DNA from: Alphaproteobacteria bacterium
Lineage (GTDB): Bacteria > Pseudomonadota > Alphaproteobacteria > UBA828
DNA length: 64,000 nucleotides
Assembly (NCBI GenBank): GCA_965214705.1
Contig: CBDCCI010000002.1
Coordinates: 1,952,001 to 2,016,000, forward strand
Direction of reading: 5' to 3'
Shown: one piece after another, positions 39,901 to 50,857 of the stretch
Position numbering within the stretch: position 1 is the stretch's first letter
Layout: every line of letters begins with the position of its first letter
Notes under the pieces: generated by a model
What the model saw: the letters and a program-made list of their open reading frames with translations, nothing else
Told to the model about the DNA's origin: nothing
The model's database searches: none
Translations under genes and position numbers: made by a program

Positions 39901-40424
39901 AGCTCGACATAGAGCCGGGCGGGAAAGATCTCGCCGAGCTGCTCCAACAGCGCGCGCGCGGCCTTGACCTGACCGTCGATGAGCAGACGCCCGACCGGCC
40001 CGGCGGGGCCGCCGGTGAGCGCCAGCAGACCCTCCGCCCGCACCGCCAGCTCGTCCAGGGTAACAAGAGGCTGCCCGCCGGCGCCGTCCTGCAGGTAGGC
40101 GTCGCTGGTCAGCGCGGTCAGGTTTCGGTAGCCGGTCTCGTCCTGGGCAAGCAGCAGGAGCCACGATGCCTCACGGCTCTGCTGGCCGGGTTGCTCGGTG
40201 CGCGTGCCGATCGCGAGGTCGCAGCCGACGATGGGCTGCACGCCGGCCCCGCTGCAGGCCTCCGAGAAGGCCAGGGCGCCGAACATGTTGCCGCGGTCGG
40301 CGATGGCGCAGGCGGGCATCCGCCAGTCGCGGCAGGTCTCGACCAGCTCGTCGAGCCTGATCGCGCCCTCCAGCAGCGAATAGGCGGTGCGGACCCTGAG
40401 GTGGACGAAATCGGCGTGGCTCAT
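36951..40424 (-). CDS. dnaE: DNA polymerase III alpha subunit
   Basis: PHP domain (FVHLRVRTAYSLLEGA), GPGRGSGAGS, PDFDIDF, KFAGYGFNKSHAAAY, OB fold; no intein visible. Confidence 0.98.
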   Translation of the reverse strand: MSHADFVHLRVRTAYSLLEGAIRLDELVETCRDWRMPACAIADRGNMFGALAFSEACSGAGVQPIVGCDLAIGTRTEQPGQQSREASWLLLLAQDETGYRNLTALTSDAYLQDGAGGQPLVTLDELAVRAEGLLALTGGPAGPVGRLLIDGQVKAARALLEQLGEIFPARLYVELMRHGLPEEEQIEARLIALADELDMPLVATNDAYFLREETYEAHDALLCIAQNSHVEDENRRRLTPQHRFRPADEMRALFADLPEAVDNTLVVARRCAVMAPTRKPILPVFSTAGDASEADALRAQAEAGLERRLEAQVYSADMDDAARKAAAAPYRERLGYELGVIIEMQFAGYFLIVADIVRWARGEGIPVGPGRGSGAGSVVAWSLTITDLDPLRFGLLFERFLNPERVSMPDFDIDFCPERRDEVIDYVCRRYGKDRVAQIITFGKLQARAVLRDVGRVLGLSYGRVDRLCKLVPYNPANPVTLQQALDNEPWLKAERDEDAAVARLIEISLQLEGLYRHASTHAAGIVIGDRPLSELVPLYRDPRSEMPATQFSMKYAEMSGLVKFDLLGLKTLTVLDHASAMLHEADVEIDIDALPLDDRKTYEMLGSGAAMGVFQLESAGMRDALRNLKPDSIEDIIALVALYRPGPMDNIPRYIACKHGKEKPDYLHPMLTGLLEETFGVIIYQEQVMEIAKVLAGYSLGSADLLRRAMGKKIKAEMDAQRETFVNGALANEVARNDATRIFELVAKFAGYGFNKSHAAAYALVAYQTAYLKANHPVEFMAASMSLEINNTDRLELFRRELERLGIPLLPPDINASRATFSVESQADGTKAIRYALGAIRNVGVQAMTALADERTANGPFADPFDLAGRVDPHQINRRQIENLAKAGAFDSLTSNRKQMADGAEVLLAYSGQAKASRSQASLFDEADATLAPRPRLPEQEDWDENERLAAEQEAVGFYLSAHPLDSYQDALKGLSVTSAAEVAQQVARGITRFRLAGMVLNVRERGPGSRRYAFIQLSDPSGSFEVAAFRETYGEGRDVLEPGKPVLVTAQARIEGEEVKLSAQSFDDLEARLSRNLTGLAVFVHDPAALEPLGAMLANRPAGGGRIALFVETGGEGTVEVELPESYALSPTLGGEIGALAGVTTVQELSAARAG

Positions 40425-40577
40425 GGCAGGGTCCTAACGAATCGATGGACAGCGCGAACACTCGATAGATGCCACAGGGCGCCGCCGCGGTCACGCGCTG
40501 CGGCCATGCGGGGACGTCGGGACAGCGAGCGATGGCCCGACGGGGCGCACTTTGCTAGACTCCAAGGATTCTAGCGA

Positions 40578-41249
40578 ATGGACTGGGAGCCGGGCGCGAT
40601 GGACGACACCGGAGAGACACGCGTTTTCGAGCAGGAAGACGACCTGCGCGAGACCATGGGCGAGACCATGGAAATCTCGGTGAAGAAGTGCATCCCCTCG
40701 TTGGACAAGCACTGCAAGGATTTCATCAGCCGCTCGCCGTTTCTCTGCATCGGCACCAGCGGCGAAAGCGGCCGCGCCGACGTCTCGCCGCGCGGCGACC
40801 CACCGGGCTTCGTTCAGGTGCTCGACGACAACACGCTCTTCATCCCGGACCGGCCCGGCAACAACCGGCTCGACACGATGACCAACATCATCGAGAACCC
40901 GAACGTCGGCCTGCTGTTTCTGGTCCCCGGCTTCGACGACACGCTGCGGGTGAACGGCAAGGCAACGATCATCCGCGACGAGGCGCTGGCCCAGGCAACC
41001 GTGGTCAAAGGCAAGGAGCCGAAGGTCGGCATCAAGGTCGAGGTCCAAGAAGCCTTCCTGCACTGCGCCAAGGCGTTCAAGCGCTCGCGGCTCTGGGACG
41101 AAGAGAGCAGGCAGAACCGCCGCGAGATGCCGTCACTGGGCCGTATCATCCTGGAGCAGACGGCGCCGCCGGAGGAGCCGCCTTCGGAGGAGACGGTCAA
41201 GGAGACCGACGAGTTCGTCGAGGAGAACTATCGCACCGAACTTTACTGA
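40578..41249 (+). CDS. Pyridoxamine 5'-phosphate oxidase-like FMN-binding protein (MSMEG_1061 family)
   Basis: DVSPRGDPPGFV, IPDRPGNNRLDT, TLRVNG, FLHCAKAFKRSRLW. Confidence 0.88.
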   Translation: MDWEPGAMDDTGETRVFEQEDDLRETMGETMEISVKKCIPSLDKHCKDFISRSPFLCIGTSGESGRADVSPRGDPPGFVQVLDDNTLFIPDRPGNNRLDTMTNIIENPNVGLLFLVPGFDDTLRVNGKATIIRDEALAQATVVKGKEPKVGIKVEVQEAFLHCAKAFKRSRLWDEESRQNRREMPSLGRIILEQTAPPEEPPSEETVKETDEFVEENYRTELY

Positions 41250-41348
41250 GGAGGCGGGCACACACCCGTTTACGACGACCCGCCACGGGAGCCGGGACGC
41301 CGGCCGAGCCGGCCTCTAGAGGTGCATGACAGCAGCAGGAGCTTCGCC

Positions 41349-41900
41349 ATGGAACGGATCGATGTCAGCCCCGAGTACATGGAGAGCGAGCGAGTCGCCC
41401 GCTACAAGGACCTGAAGTCGAGCGCCCACGCGTTCGTCGATGCGCTCATTCCGGGCTACGAGCGCGACATCTACAACATCATCGGCCGCGGCGTGGTCGA
41501 GGACAAAGAGCTCAAGCCCCCGATCATCGACAACCGCGACTTCAATGTCGGCCTGATCAAGGCCGAGCCCGGCAAGGGCGCCTCGCTGCACATTCACGAG
41601 ACCAACGAGGTGTTCATTCCGCTGACCGGCAAGTGGGGCATCTACTGGCAGAACAGCGACGGCCAGCGGCACGAGGTGGTGCTGGAGCCCTATGACACCG
41701 TCTCGGTCCCCATCGGCGCGAGCCGGGGCTTCCGCAACGCAGGCGACGAGACGGCGCTCATGCTGGCGGTGGTGGGCGGCACCGATCCGGGCAAGGTGCA
41801 CTGGCCCGAGGAGACCATCGAGGAGGGGCGGCGCTACGGCATCGGCCTCGACGAGCACGGCGACCTCGTGCTGCTCGAGGGCTCTCAAGCGGCAGAGTGA
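41349..41900 (+). CDS. Cupin domain protein
   Basis: GASLHIHETNEVF and DTVSVPIGASRGFRN cupin motifs; AGGAG RBS. Confidence 0.82.
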   Translation: MERIDVSPEYMESERVARYKDLKSSAHAFVDALIPGYERDIYNIIGRGVVEDKELKPPIIDNRDFNVGLIKAEPGKGASLHIHETNEVFIPLTGKWGIYWQNSDGQRHEVVLEPYDTVSVPIGASRGFRNAGDETALMLAVVGGTDPGKVHWPEETIEEGRRYGIGLDEHGDLVLLEGSQAAE

Positions 41901-41939
41901 TCCCGACCGGGCGGCGGGGCGGCCCCTTCGTCCCGCCGC

Positions 41940-41967
41940 TTGACAGTTTGGAACCGCGCGGTAATGT
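41940..41967 (+). promoter_or_regulatory. Putative sigma70 promoter for rpmG
   Basis: TTGACA-N16-TAATGT about 40 nt upstream of the ATG. Confidence 0.55.
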
Positions 41968-42004
41968 CGCCGCGTCCGCGACACCAAATAGCCGAGCATA
42001 ACCA

Positions 42005-42172
42005 ATGGCCAAGGCCAACAGTATCCTGATCAAGCTCGTCAGCTCGGCGGGTACGGGGTTCTACTACACGACACGCAAGAACCCGCGCACCCAGACCGAG
42101 AAGCTTTCGCTCCGCAAGTTCGACCCCGTCGCCCGCAAGCACGTGGTCTTCAAGGAAGCGAAGATCAAATAG
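42005..42172 (+). CDS. rpmG: 50S ribosomal protein L33 (zinc-free type)
   Basis: Not in the ORF track; translated by hand: [55 protein letters not shown]. Confidence 0.97.
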   Translation: MAKANSILIKLVSSAGTGFYYTTRKNPRTQTEKLSLRKFDPVARKHVVFKEAKIK

Positions 42173-42189
42173 AACCCGCAGGATTCTGC

Positions 42190-42675
42190 ATGTCTTCCGG
42201 GCTGCACCGCCGGCGCGCCGGCGGGGCGTTGGGGCTCGCGGCAGGTCTGCTTCTGTCGCTGGCGCTCGTGCATGCATCCGTCCCCGCGCGGGCGGACATG
42301 CAGGCGGGCTGGCAGGCGTACACGGCCGGCGATTACGAGACGGCCATCGGCGAATGGCAGCCGCTGGCCGAAGCCGGCAATTTTCAGGCGGCCTACGCGC
42401 TCGGCATGGCCTATCAGATCAAGGGCGAGCCCGCTGACGCAGTGCCCTGGTACGAGCAGGCGGCCAGCGCCGGGTTGACCGAGGCGCAGATCCTGCTCGG
42501 CACGATGTATGCGCGCGGCAGCGAGGTCCCCCGCGACCTCGTGCGCGCCTACGCCTGGCTTCACCGGGCGGCCGAGAAGAAGAGCCCGAATGCCCAGCTG
42601 ATCCTCGAGTCCGTCGCGGCGCTGATGACCGCCGAAGAGATCGAGGAGGCGAAGGCGCTGAGCGCGACGCTGTAG
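42190..42675 (+). CDS. Exported Sel1-like repeat protein
   Basis: Signal peptide; AAYALGMAY, AQILLGTMYARGSEVPRDLVRAYAW. Confidence 0.85.
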   Translation: MSSGLHRRRAGGALGLAAGLLLSLALVHASVPARADMQAGWQAYTAGDYETAIGEWQPLAEAGNFQAAYALGMAYQIKGEPADAVPWYEQAASAGLTEAQILLGTMYARGSEVPRDLVRAYAWLHRAAEKKSPNAQLILESVAALMTAEEIEEAKALSATL

Positions 42676-42762
42676 GGGCGCTTGTTCTCCAGCGGTAGCT
42701 CGTGCGCCGGGCCACGCCGGTGCCCCGATCGAGAAGTTTCACTGACAAGGCACCCCAATTCA

Positions 42763-42875
42763 CGTCATGGCCGGGCTCGTCCCGGCCATCCACGTATTTG
42801 CCCAGGCTTCGACAAATCCGGCTGAGACAGATGCCCGGAACACCCCCGGACTTGATCCGGGGGCCGGGCATGACG
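42763..42875. repeat. REP/RPE-like palindromic element
   Basis: CGTCATGGCCGGGCTCGTCCCGGCCATCCAC...GATGCCCGG...GCCGGGCATGACG inverted ends with an internal palindrome CCCCCGGACTTGATCCGGGGG. Confidence 0.8.
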
Positions 42876-43002
42876 AGACAAGTAGGCGGGCGGGGAGACT
42901 GGGCGGGATCGCAGCGCACCGCCGTGCTCTGATGGGGCCGAAATTGCGCCCCTCCGCGCACTTGCCTAGAGTCGAGCCCGGTACGTTGCGCGAGGGCATG
43001 GT

Positions 43003-44028
43003 TTGGCTCGTCCCGACCTGACGACCCGCTTCCTGGGCTTGGACCCGAAATCGCCGGCCGGGCGTCTCCTTGGCGCGGCGGAACGCGCGATCATCGAAAA
43101 CCCCACGGTCTTCACCGCCGGTATCCTGCTCCTGCTGTGGCTGATCCTGTCGCAGCTCTCGCCCTACTTCTTCACCGTCAGCAACCTGTTCGAGATCACG
43201 GTCCAGGCCGCCGTGATCGCGCTGATCGCGGTGGGGCAGACCTTTGTCATCCTCTCGAAGGGGATCGATCTCTCGGTCGGCGCGATCCTCGCCGCCTCTG
43301 CGGTCACGTCCACCATGGTGATGGATGCGGGATACGGCCTCGGCGCCGGCGTCATCGCCGGGATCGTTGTCGGCGCCTTCTTCGGCGCGGCCAACGGTGT
43401 CGCGGTTGGTTATCTCCGCATCCCGCCCTTCGTCGCGACGCTCGGCATGATGGGGATCGCCCGCGGCTACGCGCTCATCATCACCGAGGGCATTCCCATC
43501 TTCAGGGTGGCGGAGGGCTTCGAAATCCTCGGTCAGGGCCGCCTCTGGGGGGTGGTGCCGGTGCCGACGATCGCCACGCTCGGGCTCTACGCGGTCGGCG
43601 TGTTCGTGCTGCTCCGCACCCGGCTCGGCCGCTACACCGTCTCGATCGGGAGCAACGAGCAGGCGACCAAGGTCTCGGGCGTCAACGTCCCGCTCTACCT
43701 GATCCTCATCTACGGCCTGAGCGGCGTCACCGCCGGCATCGCGGGGCTCACCGAAGCCTCGCGCATCGGCAGCGGCCAGCCGGCGGGCGGGGTGGGCTAC
43801 GAGCTCGACTCGATCGCTGCCGTGGTGATCGGCGGCACCAGCCTCTTCGGCGGCCAGGGCAGCCTGATCGCGTCGTGGATCGGGGCGCTCATCATCGCCA
43901 CGCTGCGCAACGGGCTGAACGTGCTCGGCGTCTACGCCTTCTGGCAGCTAGTCGCCATCGGTGCTATCCTCATCGCCGCCGTCTACATCGACAATTGGCG
44001 GCGTCTGAGGCGCGGTGGAGAACAATAA
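43003..44028 (+). CDS. Sugar ABC transporter permease (RbsC-like)
   Basis: GIDLSVG, PPFVATLG, GSNEQATKVSGV, ELDSIAAVVIGGTSLFGG. Confidence 0.92.
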   Translation: MARPDLTTRFLGLDPKSPAGRLLGAAERAIIENPTVFTAGILLLLWLILSQLSPYFFTVSNLFEITVQAAVIALIAVGQTFVILSKGIDLSVGAILAASAVTSTMVMDAGYGLGAGVIAGIVVGAFFGAANGVAVGYLRIPPFVATLGMMGIARGYALIITEGIPIFRVAEGFEILGQGRLWGVVPVPTIATLGLYAVGVFVLLRTRLGRYTVSIGSNEQATKVSGVNVPLYLILIYGLSGVTAGIAGLTEASRIGSGQPAGGVGYELDSIAAVVIGGTSLFGGQGSLIASWIGALIIATLRNGLNVLGVYAFWQLVAIGAILIAAVYIDNWRRLRRGGEQ

Positions 44029-44079
44029 CGAGGCCACGCGCCGGGCAACGGCGCGTGTGCCGTAATAGGAGGAGAAACC

Positions 44080-45060
44080 ATGAAATTGCGCGTTTCCATC
44101 ATCAGGTCTTTACGCGCGGTGGCCGCGGCCGCCGTTATCGCTGCAGTGACGGCGGCAGGCCTTGGCTCCGACGCGTTCGCGGCGGACAAGACCTTGGCCT
44201 GGATCCCGAAATCGACCGATTCGTCGTTCTGGCTTGCCATCAAGCGGGGCGCGGAGAAGGCCGGCGCTGAGCTCGGCTACGAGGTCCTCTATGTCGGCAC
44301 CCAGGACCAGACACAGATCGCGGGCCAGATCAACCTGGTCAACGACATGGTGACGCGCAGGATCGACGGCATCCTCATCGCCGCGACCGATGCCAAGGCA
44401 CTGTCCGACCCGGTGACCAAGGCCATCGAGGCCGGCGTGCCGGTGATCACGGTCGATTCCGGCATCGACCCCGACACCTCGCTCGCCTACATCGCCACCG
44501 ACAACATCGGCGCCGCCAGGGCCGCAGCCAAGCACCTGGCGGGGCTGATCGGCGGCAAGGGCAAGGTCGGCGACATCGGCATTACCGCCGGCTCCCAGAC
44601 CGGGTACGAGCGCGAGAACGGCTTCGTCGAGGAGATGAAGAACTATCCCGACATCGAGGTGCTGCCGGTGCAGTACTCGGAATGCAAGCCGGCCAAGGCG
44701 CTGAACATCGCCACCGACATGCACACCGGCAATCCCGATCTCGTCGGCTTCTATGGCGCGTGCGACGGCGCCGGCACCGGCGCGGGTCAGCTTTCCAAGC
44801 AGAGGGAACTCGATCTCCGCATCGTCGCCTTCGACAGCTCGGCCGAAGAGTTCGAGCTGTTCAAGGAGGGCTATATCGACGCGCTCGTCCTGCAGGACCC
44901 GTTCAAGATGGGCTATGACGGCGTCTACACCTTGGACAAGATCATCAAGGGCGAGACGATCGAGCCGCGCGTCGTGGCCATTCCGGCGGCGGTGGTGACG
45001 CTGGAGAACATGAACGAGCCGGCGATCCAGAAGCTGCTGAGCGATATGGAGCTTCTGTAA
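44080..45060 (+). CDS. Sugar ABC transporter substrate-binding protein (RbsB-like)
   Basis: Signal peptide; IPKSTDSSFW, VITVDSG, IATDN, AFD, LQDPFKMGY. Confidence 0.92.
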   Translation: MKLRVSIIRSLRAVAAAAVIAAVTAAGLGSDAFAADKTLAWIPKSTDSSFWLAIKRGAEKAGAELGYEVLYVGTQDQTQIAGQINLVNDMVTRRIDGILIAATDAKALSDPVTKAIEAGVPVITVDSGIDPDTSLAYIATDNIGAARAAAKHLAGLIGGKGKVGDIGITAGSQTGYERENGFVEEMKNYPDIEVLPVQYSECKPAKALNIATDMHTGNPDLVGFYGACDGAGTGAGQLSKQRELDLRIVAFDSSAEEFELFKEGYIDALVLQDPFKMGYDGVYTLDKIIKGETIEPRVVAIPAAVVTLENMNEPAIQKLLSDMELL

Positions 45061-45173
45061 CCGTATCCAGGGCCGGGCGCGCGGTCGCCCGCCCGGTGCC
45101 GGGAACGAACGGGCCTCCGTCGCAGTTTGGCGCGGCGGAGGCCCAAATCACCGTAGCAAGGGGAGAACCGACC

Positions 45174-46217
45174 ATGACACCCAAGTTGCACAGAATGGCC
45201 GTATCGGCGCTCGCAGCGATCGGTCTGGCCGCGGTGATCACCGGTGCGCAGGCGCAGGAGATCGACACGATTGCGGTCCTGGTGCCTGAGCAGGGCACCG
45301 ACTTCGGCTGGAACCAGCAGGGCGTCGACGCGACACGGGCGGTCGGCGAGGCCATGGGGCTCGAGGTCATCTCGGCCGAAGGCCTCGGCTACGGCGACGT
45401 GCGGCCGACGCTGCGCGAGCTCGCGGCCGAAGGCGCCGACCTGATGATCGCCCACGCCAGCGGCTACAACACCGCAGCGCCCGAGATCGCCGCCGAAACC
45501 GGGGTTGCGGTCGCGATCGTGGACAGGCCTGAAGACATGGTGCCGGGTCTGGTCGCCGACTACACGTTGAGTGGGCATGACGGCGCCTACATGGCCGGCA
45601 TGCTGGCGGCTCAGCTCTCGCGCACCGGCACGCTCGGCATCGTCGTCTCCGGCGAGCCGCCGTCGTGGAACTCGCAGTCCGCCGGCTTCGCCATGGGCGC
45701 ACGCGCCGCCAACCCAGACGTGAACCTGCTCTACGCGGTAATCGGACCTGCGGCCTACGCCGACGCCGCAGGCGGCAAGCGGGTCACGGAATCGGTGATC
45801 GCCGCCGGCGCCGACATCGTGTTCGGCCAGGGCGACGGCTCCACCTTCGGCATGCTCCAGGCGGTGGAGACGGTGCCTGCGGCCGACGGCGGTAAGGTGC
45901 TGTTCATCGACGTGATCGGCGACAAGAGCGAGATCGACAAGGGCCACCTGCTCTCGTCAGTGGTCTGGAACATGGTGCCGGTCTACTCCGCGATGGTCGA
46001 GGACTTGAAGAGCGGAACGTTCGGCACCGTCGGCTACGCCATCCAGTTGGCCGACGATTCGGTGCAGCTTCTGCGGACGGCGCACATCTCCGACGAGATG
46101 TGGGCGGGACTGATGGACGTCCGCGCCCAGATCATCGCGGGCGAGATCGACGTGCCCGCGATCTGGGAGGCCACGGAGGTACGCGCTCTGATGTCGTCGG
46201 TGGACGCGGCTGAGTAG
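45174..46217 (+). CDS. BMP/PnrA-family ABC substrate-binding protein
   Basis: Signal peptide; DFGWNQQG, AYMAGMLAA, GIVVSGEP, GADIVF, IDVIGD. Confidence 0.88.
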   Translation: MTPKLHRMAVSALAAIGLAAVITGAQAQEIDTIAVLVPEQGTDFGWNQQGVDATRAVGEAMGLEVISAEGLGYGDVRPTLRELAAEGADLMIAHASGYNTAAPEIAAETGVAVAIVDRPEDMVPGLVADYTLSGHDGAYMAGMLAAQLSRTGTLGIVVSGEPPSWNSQSAGFAMGARAANPDVNLLYAVIGPAAYADAAGGKRVTESVIAAGADIVFGQGDGSTFGMLQAVETVPAADGGKVLFIDVIGDKSEIDKGHLLSSVVWNMVPVYSAMVEDLKSGTFGTVGYAIQLADDSVQLLRTAHISDEMWAGLMDVRAQIIAGEIDVPAIWEATEVRALMSSVDAAE

Positions 46218-46339
46218 CGCACGCAGAGAACGCAGGCGACGCCCGGCGGCGCAAGAGCACCGCGCGCCGGGCACGCCTGCCCTTTCCCGGCGGCCGACTC
46301 AGTGCCGCCCAACCTGACTGGTAGCAAGGTGGCCTGACC

Positions 46340-47923
<1,584 letters not shown>

Positions 47924-47930
47924 TCGCGCG

Positions 47931-49016
47931 ATGACACACGCGCCGACCGCACATGAGGAACGGCTCGCCCCCGGCGCGACCGCGTTGCGCCGCTGGGCCA
48001 CGCCGGTTGCGGCGGCGCTGCTGCCCATCGTGCTCGCGCTCGGCGTCGGCGCCCTGATCCTGCTGGTGCTCGGCGCCGATCCTGGCGCCTTCTACTACCA
48101 CATCGTTCGACGCGGCCTGCTGAGCTGGATCGGGCTGCAGGACACGATCACCCGCTGCGCGCCGCTGCTGCTGCTCGGCGCGAGCCTGATCGTCGCCTTC
48201 CGTGCCGGCCTCTGGAACCTCGGTGTCGACGGGCAGTTCCTGCTGGCCGCGGTGATCTCAGCCGCGCTCGCGCCGGCGCTGGTCACTGTGCTACCGGTCT
48301 GGCTCGTGCTGCCGCTGGTGATGCTGGTGGCGATGGCCGTGGGCGCCGTCTGGTCGCTGCTGCCGGCGCTGCTCAAGGCCTATTACGGGGTCAACGAGAT
48401 CGTGACCACGCTGATGATGAGTTTCTTGGGGATCAGCGCGGCGAACGTGCTTATCAAGCTCCCCTTCGACGACCCCACCACCACGGTGCCGCAGACCGAG
48501 ACGCTGGCGACTGACGACCGCCTGCCGCGCCTCTTCGGCAGCACGATCAACGTGGGCGTGATCGTGGGCCTCGCGGTGATCCTGTTCATCCACTGGCTGA
48601 TGACACGGACGTCGTTCGGCCTGCGGCTGCGGCTCGTGGGCGCGAATCCGCGCGCGGCGGTGCACGTGGGGCTCCCGCTCGGCGCGCTGATGGTCGCGGT
48701 GTTCGCGCTGAGCGCCGGCCTCGCCGGGCTCGCCGGCTCGGTCGAGATTCTCGGCGTCTGGGGCAACGTGCGGGCCGATTGGAACCCGGCCTACGGCCTG
48801 ATGATCATCCCCTTGGTCTTTCTCGCCCGCTTCAACGGCATCGCCGTGATCGGCTTCGTCTTCTTCTTCGCCGTGCTCTCCATCGGCGGCGAAACCGCCT
48901 CGCGCAAAGCGGGGCTCCCTAACTACTTCATCCTGGTGCTGGTGGCGCTGATGCTGATCTTCCTGGCGCTCACCGAATGGCTCGGCCAGCGCCGCCAGAT
49001 GGCGGCACGGGACTGA
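47931..49016 (+). CDS. Nucleoside-type ABC transporter permease 1
   Basis: FRAGLWNLGVDGQ, VNEIVTTLM, GANPRAA. Confidence 0.9.
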   Translation: MTHAPTAHEERLAPGATALRRWATPVAAALLPIVLALGVGALILLVLGADPGAFYYHIVRRGLLSWIGLQDTITRCAPLLLLGASLIVAFRAGLWNLGVDGQFLLAAVISAALAPALVTVLPVWLVLPLVMLVAMAVGAVWSLLPALLKAYYGVNEIVTTLMMSFLGISAANVLIKLPFDDPTTTVPQTETLATDDRLPRLFGSTINVGVIVGLAVILFIHWLMTRTSFGLRLRLVGANPRAAVHVGLPLGALMVAVFALSAGLAGLAGSVEILGVWGNVRADWNPAYGLMIIPLVFLARFNGIAVIGFVFFFAVLSIGGETASRKAGLPNYFILVLVALMLIFLALTEWLGQRRQMAARD

Positions 49017-49022
49017 CCGGTC

Positions 49023-49961
49023 ATGTCGCAGGGCCTGCTCAGCGACGCCTTCCTGATCTCGCTGATCGCGGGCGCGGTCGCGGCCGGCGTGCCGCTGCTG
49101 CTGGCGGGGCTCGGCGAGCAGGTCTCGGAGAAGGCAGGCGTGCTCAACATCGGCATCGAGGGGATGATGCTGTTCGGCGCCTACGCCGGCTTCGCCACCG
49201 CCTTCGGCACGAACTCGCTCTGGCTCGGCTTCCTCGCGGGCGCCGCCGCGGGCCTGGTGATGGCCATGTTGATGGCGCTCTTCTGCGTGCGGCTTGGCCT
49301 CAACCAGATCGTGATCGGGATCGCGCTCACCCTCGGCGCGGACGGCATCACCGCCCTCCTCCACCACGTGCAGTTCAGCCGCACCTACCCGCGCCTGCCG
49401 CGGGTCGAGACCCTGGACATTCCGGGGCTGAGCGAGATTCCGATCATCGGACCGAGCCTCTTCGCCCGGCACCCGATGGTCTACATCGCGGTCTTCCTCG
49501 TGCTGGTCCTCGCCTATCTCTTCCGCAACACCCATGTCGGGCTCAACCTGCAGGCCGCCGGCGACAAGCCCGATGCGCTGGACGCGGCCGGAATCAGCGT
49601 GACCGCGACCCGCACCTGGTCGGTGCTCTTCACCGGCGTCATGGCGGGAATGGGTGGCGCCTATATGGCGATGATCGGCGCAGGCATCTTCGTGCCCTTC
49701 ATGACCGGGGGCGCGGGCTTCATCGCCATCGTGCTGGCGATGCTGGCGCGCGGGCGCCCCATCTGGGTGCTGATCGGGGCCTTCCTCTTCGGCGCGAGCC
49801 TTTCGCTCACCACCGCGTTGCAGGTGGGCGGCGTCAACGTGCCCACGGACGTGGTGCAGATGCTGCCCTTCCTCATGGTGATGATCGTGCTGGTGCTGTT
49901 CGCCCGGCGCGCGAGCCTGCCGGCGGCGCTCGGCCTGCCCTACGTGCGCGGGCAGCGCTAG
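49023..49961 (+). CDS. Nucleoside-type ABC transporter permease 2
   Basis: EKAGVLNIGIEGMML, AGDKPDALDAAGI, GAGFIAIVL, PAALGLPY. Confidence 0.9.
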   Translation: MSQGLLSDAFLISLIAGAVAAGVPLLLAGLGEQVSEKAGVLNIGIEGMMLFGAYAGFATAFGTNSLWLGFLAGAAAGLVMAMLMALFCVRLGLNQIVIGIALTLGADGITALLHHVQFSRTYPRLPRVETLDIPGLSEIPIIGPSLFARHPMVYIAVFLVLVLAYLFRNTHVGLNLQAAGDKPDALDAAGISVTATRTWSVLFTGVMAGMGGAYMAMIGAGIFVPFMTGGAGFIAIVLAMLARGRPIWVLIGAFLFGASLSLTTALQVGGVNVPTDVVQMLPFLMVMIVLVLFARRASLPAALGLPYVRGQR

Positions 49962-49988
49962 ACTGGCGCGGGCACAGGGAGCGAGGCG

Positions 49989-50807
49989 ATGAAAGAGACG
50001 CGGGTCTTCATCCTGGACGGCGGCACGCTGGTGATCGACGGCTTCCACATATACTGGAACCGCGGGCCGGCGGGCGAGGTGCGCTTCCCCGTCTACAGCG
50101 TGCTGATCGACCACGCTGACGGCCTCTACCTCTTCGACACCGGCTTCGACTGCGACCACGTCAACGCCGTGCTGCCCTTCGAGAAGCCGATCCAGTCGGA
50201 GGCGCAGACCCTCGTCGGCGCGCTGGCGCTCGCGGGCTACCGGGCCCAAGACATCGATTACGTCGTCAACTCGCACTACCACTTCGACCACTGCGGCGGG
50301 AACCGTCACCTGCGCGAGGCCTGCACGGTCTGCCACGCGCTCGAATTCGCCCAGTGCGCGTCCCCGGCGCCGTTCGAGATGCTGGGCTATTCCGACATGC
50401 GCTTCCACGCCGATCTCTACCGCGAACGGCTCGCGAAGGAAGGCCGCGCGGTGCCGGACGATCCCGAGAGCGATATCTGGACGCCCAGGGTCGAGCTTAT
50501 CAGCGGCGACCAGGAGATCGCCAAGGGCCTCCACCTGATCGAGACGCCTGGCCACACCGCCGGGCACTACAGCCTTCTGGTCGAGCTCGCCGGCCGGCGG
50601 CCCATGCTGTTCACCGCCGACGCCGCCTACACCCGCAAGGGGCTGGAGCAGGAGATCATCCCGAGCTTCCACCTGGACCCGGTGAAGGCGGTCGCCTCGA
50701 TGAAGCGGCTCAAGAACGTGGCGGTCGAACGCGACGCTGAAATCTTCGTCGGCCACGACGCAGACGCCTTCGCGGGATACGACACCGCGCCCGCCTGGTA
50801 TAGCTGA
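49989..50807 (+). CDS. 4-pyridoxolactonase-like metallo-beta-lactamase-fold lactonase
   Basis: HYHFDHCGGN zinc motif; WNRGPAGEVRFPVYS, VLPFEKPIQ, PFEMLGYSD, FHLDPV closely follow the recalled Mesorhizobium loti 4-pyridoxolactonase sequence. Confidence 0.82.
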   Translation: MKETRVFILDGGTLVIDGFHIYWNRGPAGEVRFPVYSVLIDHADGLYLFDTGFDCDHVNAVLPFEKPIQSEAQTLVGALALAGYRAQDIDYVVNSHYHFDHCGGNRHLREACTVCHALEFAQCASPAPFEMLGYSDMRFHADLYRERLAKEGRAVPDDPESDIWTPRVELISGDQEIAKGLHLIETPGHTAGHYSLLVELAGRRPMLFTADAAYTRKGLEQEIIPSFHLDPVKAVASMKRLKNVAVERDAEIFVGHDADAFAGYDTAPAWYS

Positions 50808-50857
50808 GCGCCCCTTTCCCGTTCGGCACCCGGCTCGTATTCCGCCACAATGGTCCG

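Noticed and set aside
37533-40574. 1013-aa plus-strand ORF
   Set aside because: Antisense shadow of dnaE
46232-46280. Long imperfect hairpin after the BMP gene (similar ones near 44035 and 45110)
   Set aside because: Ordinary intra-operon mRNA-stabilising stem-loops; not similar to the dispersed element
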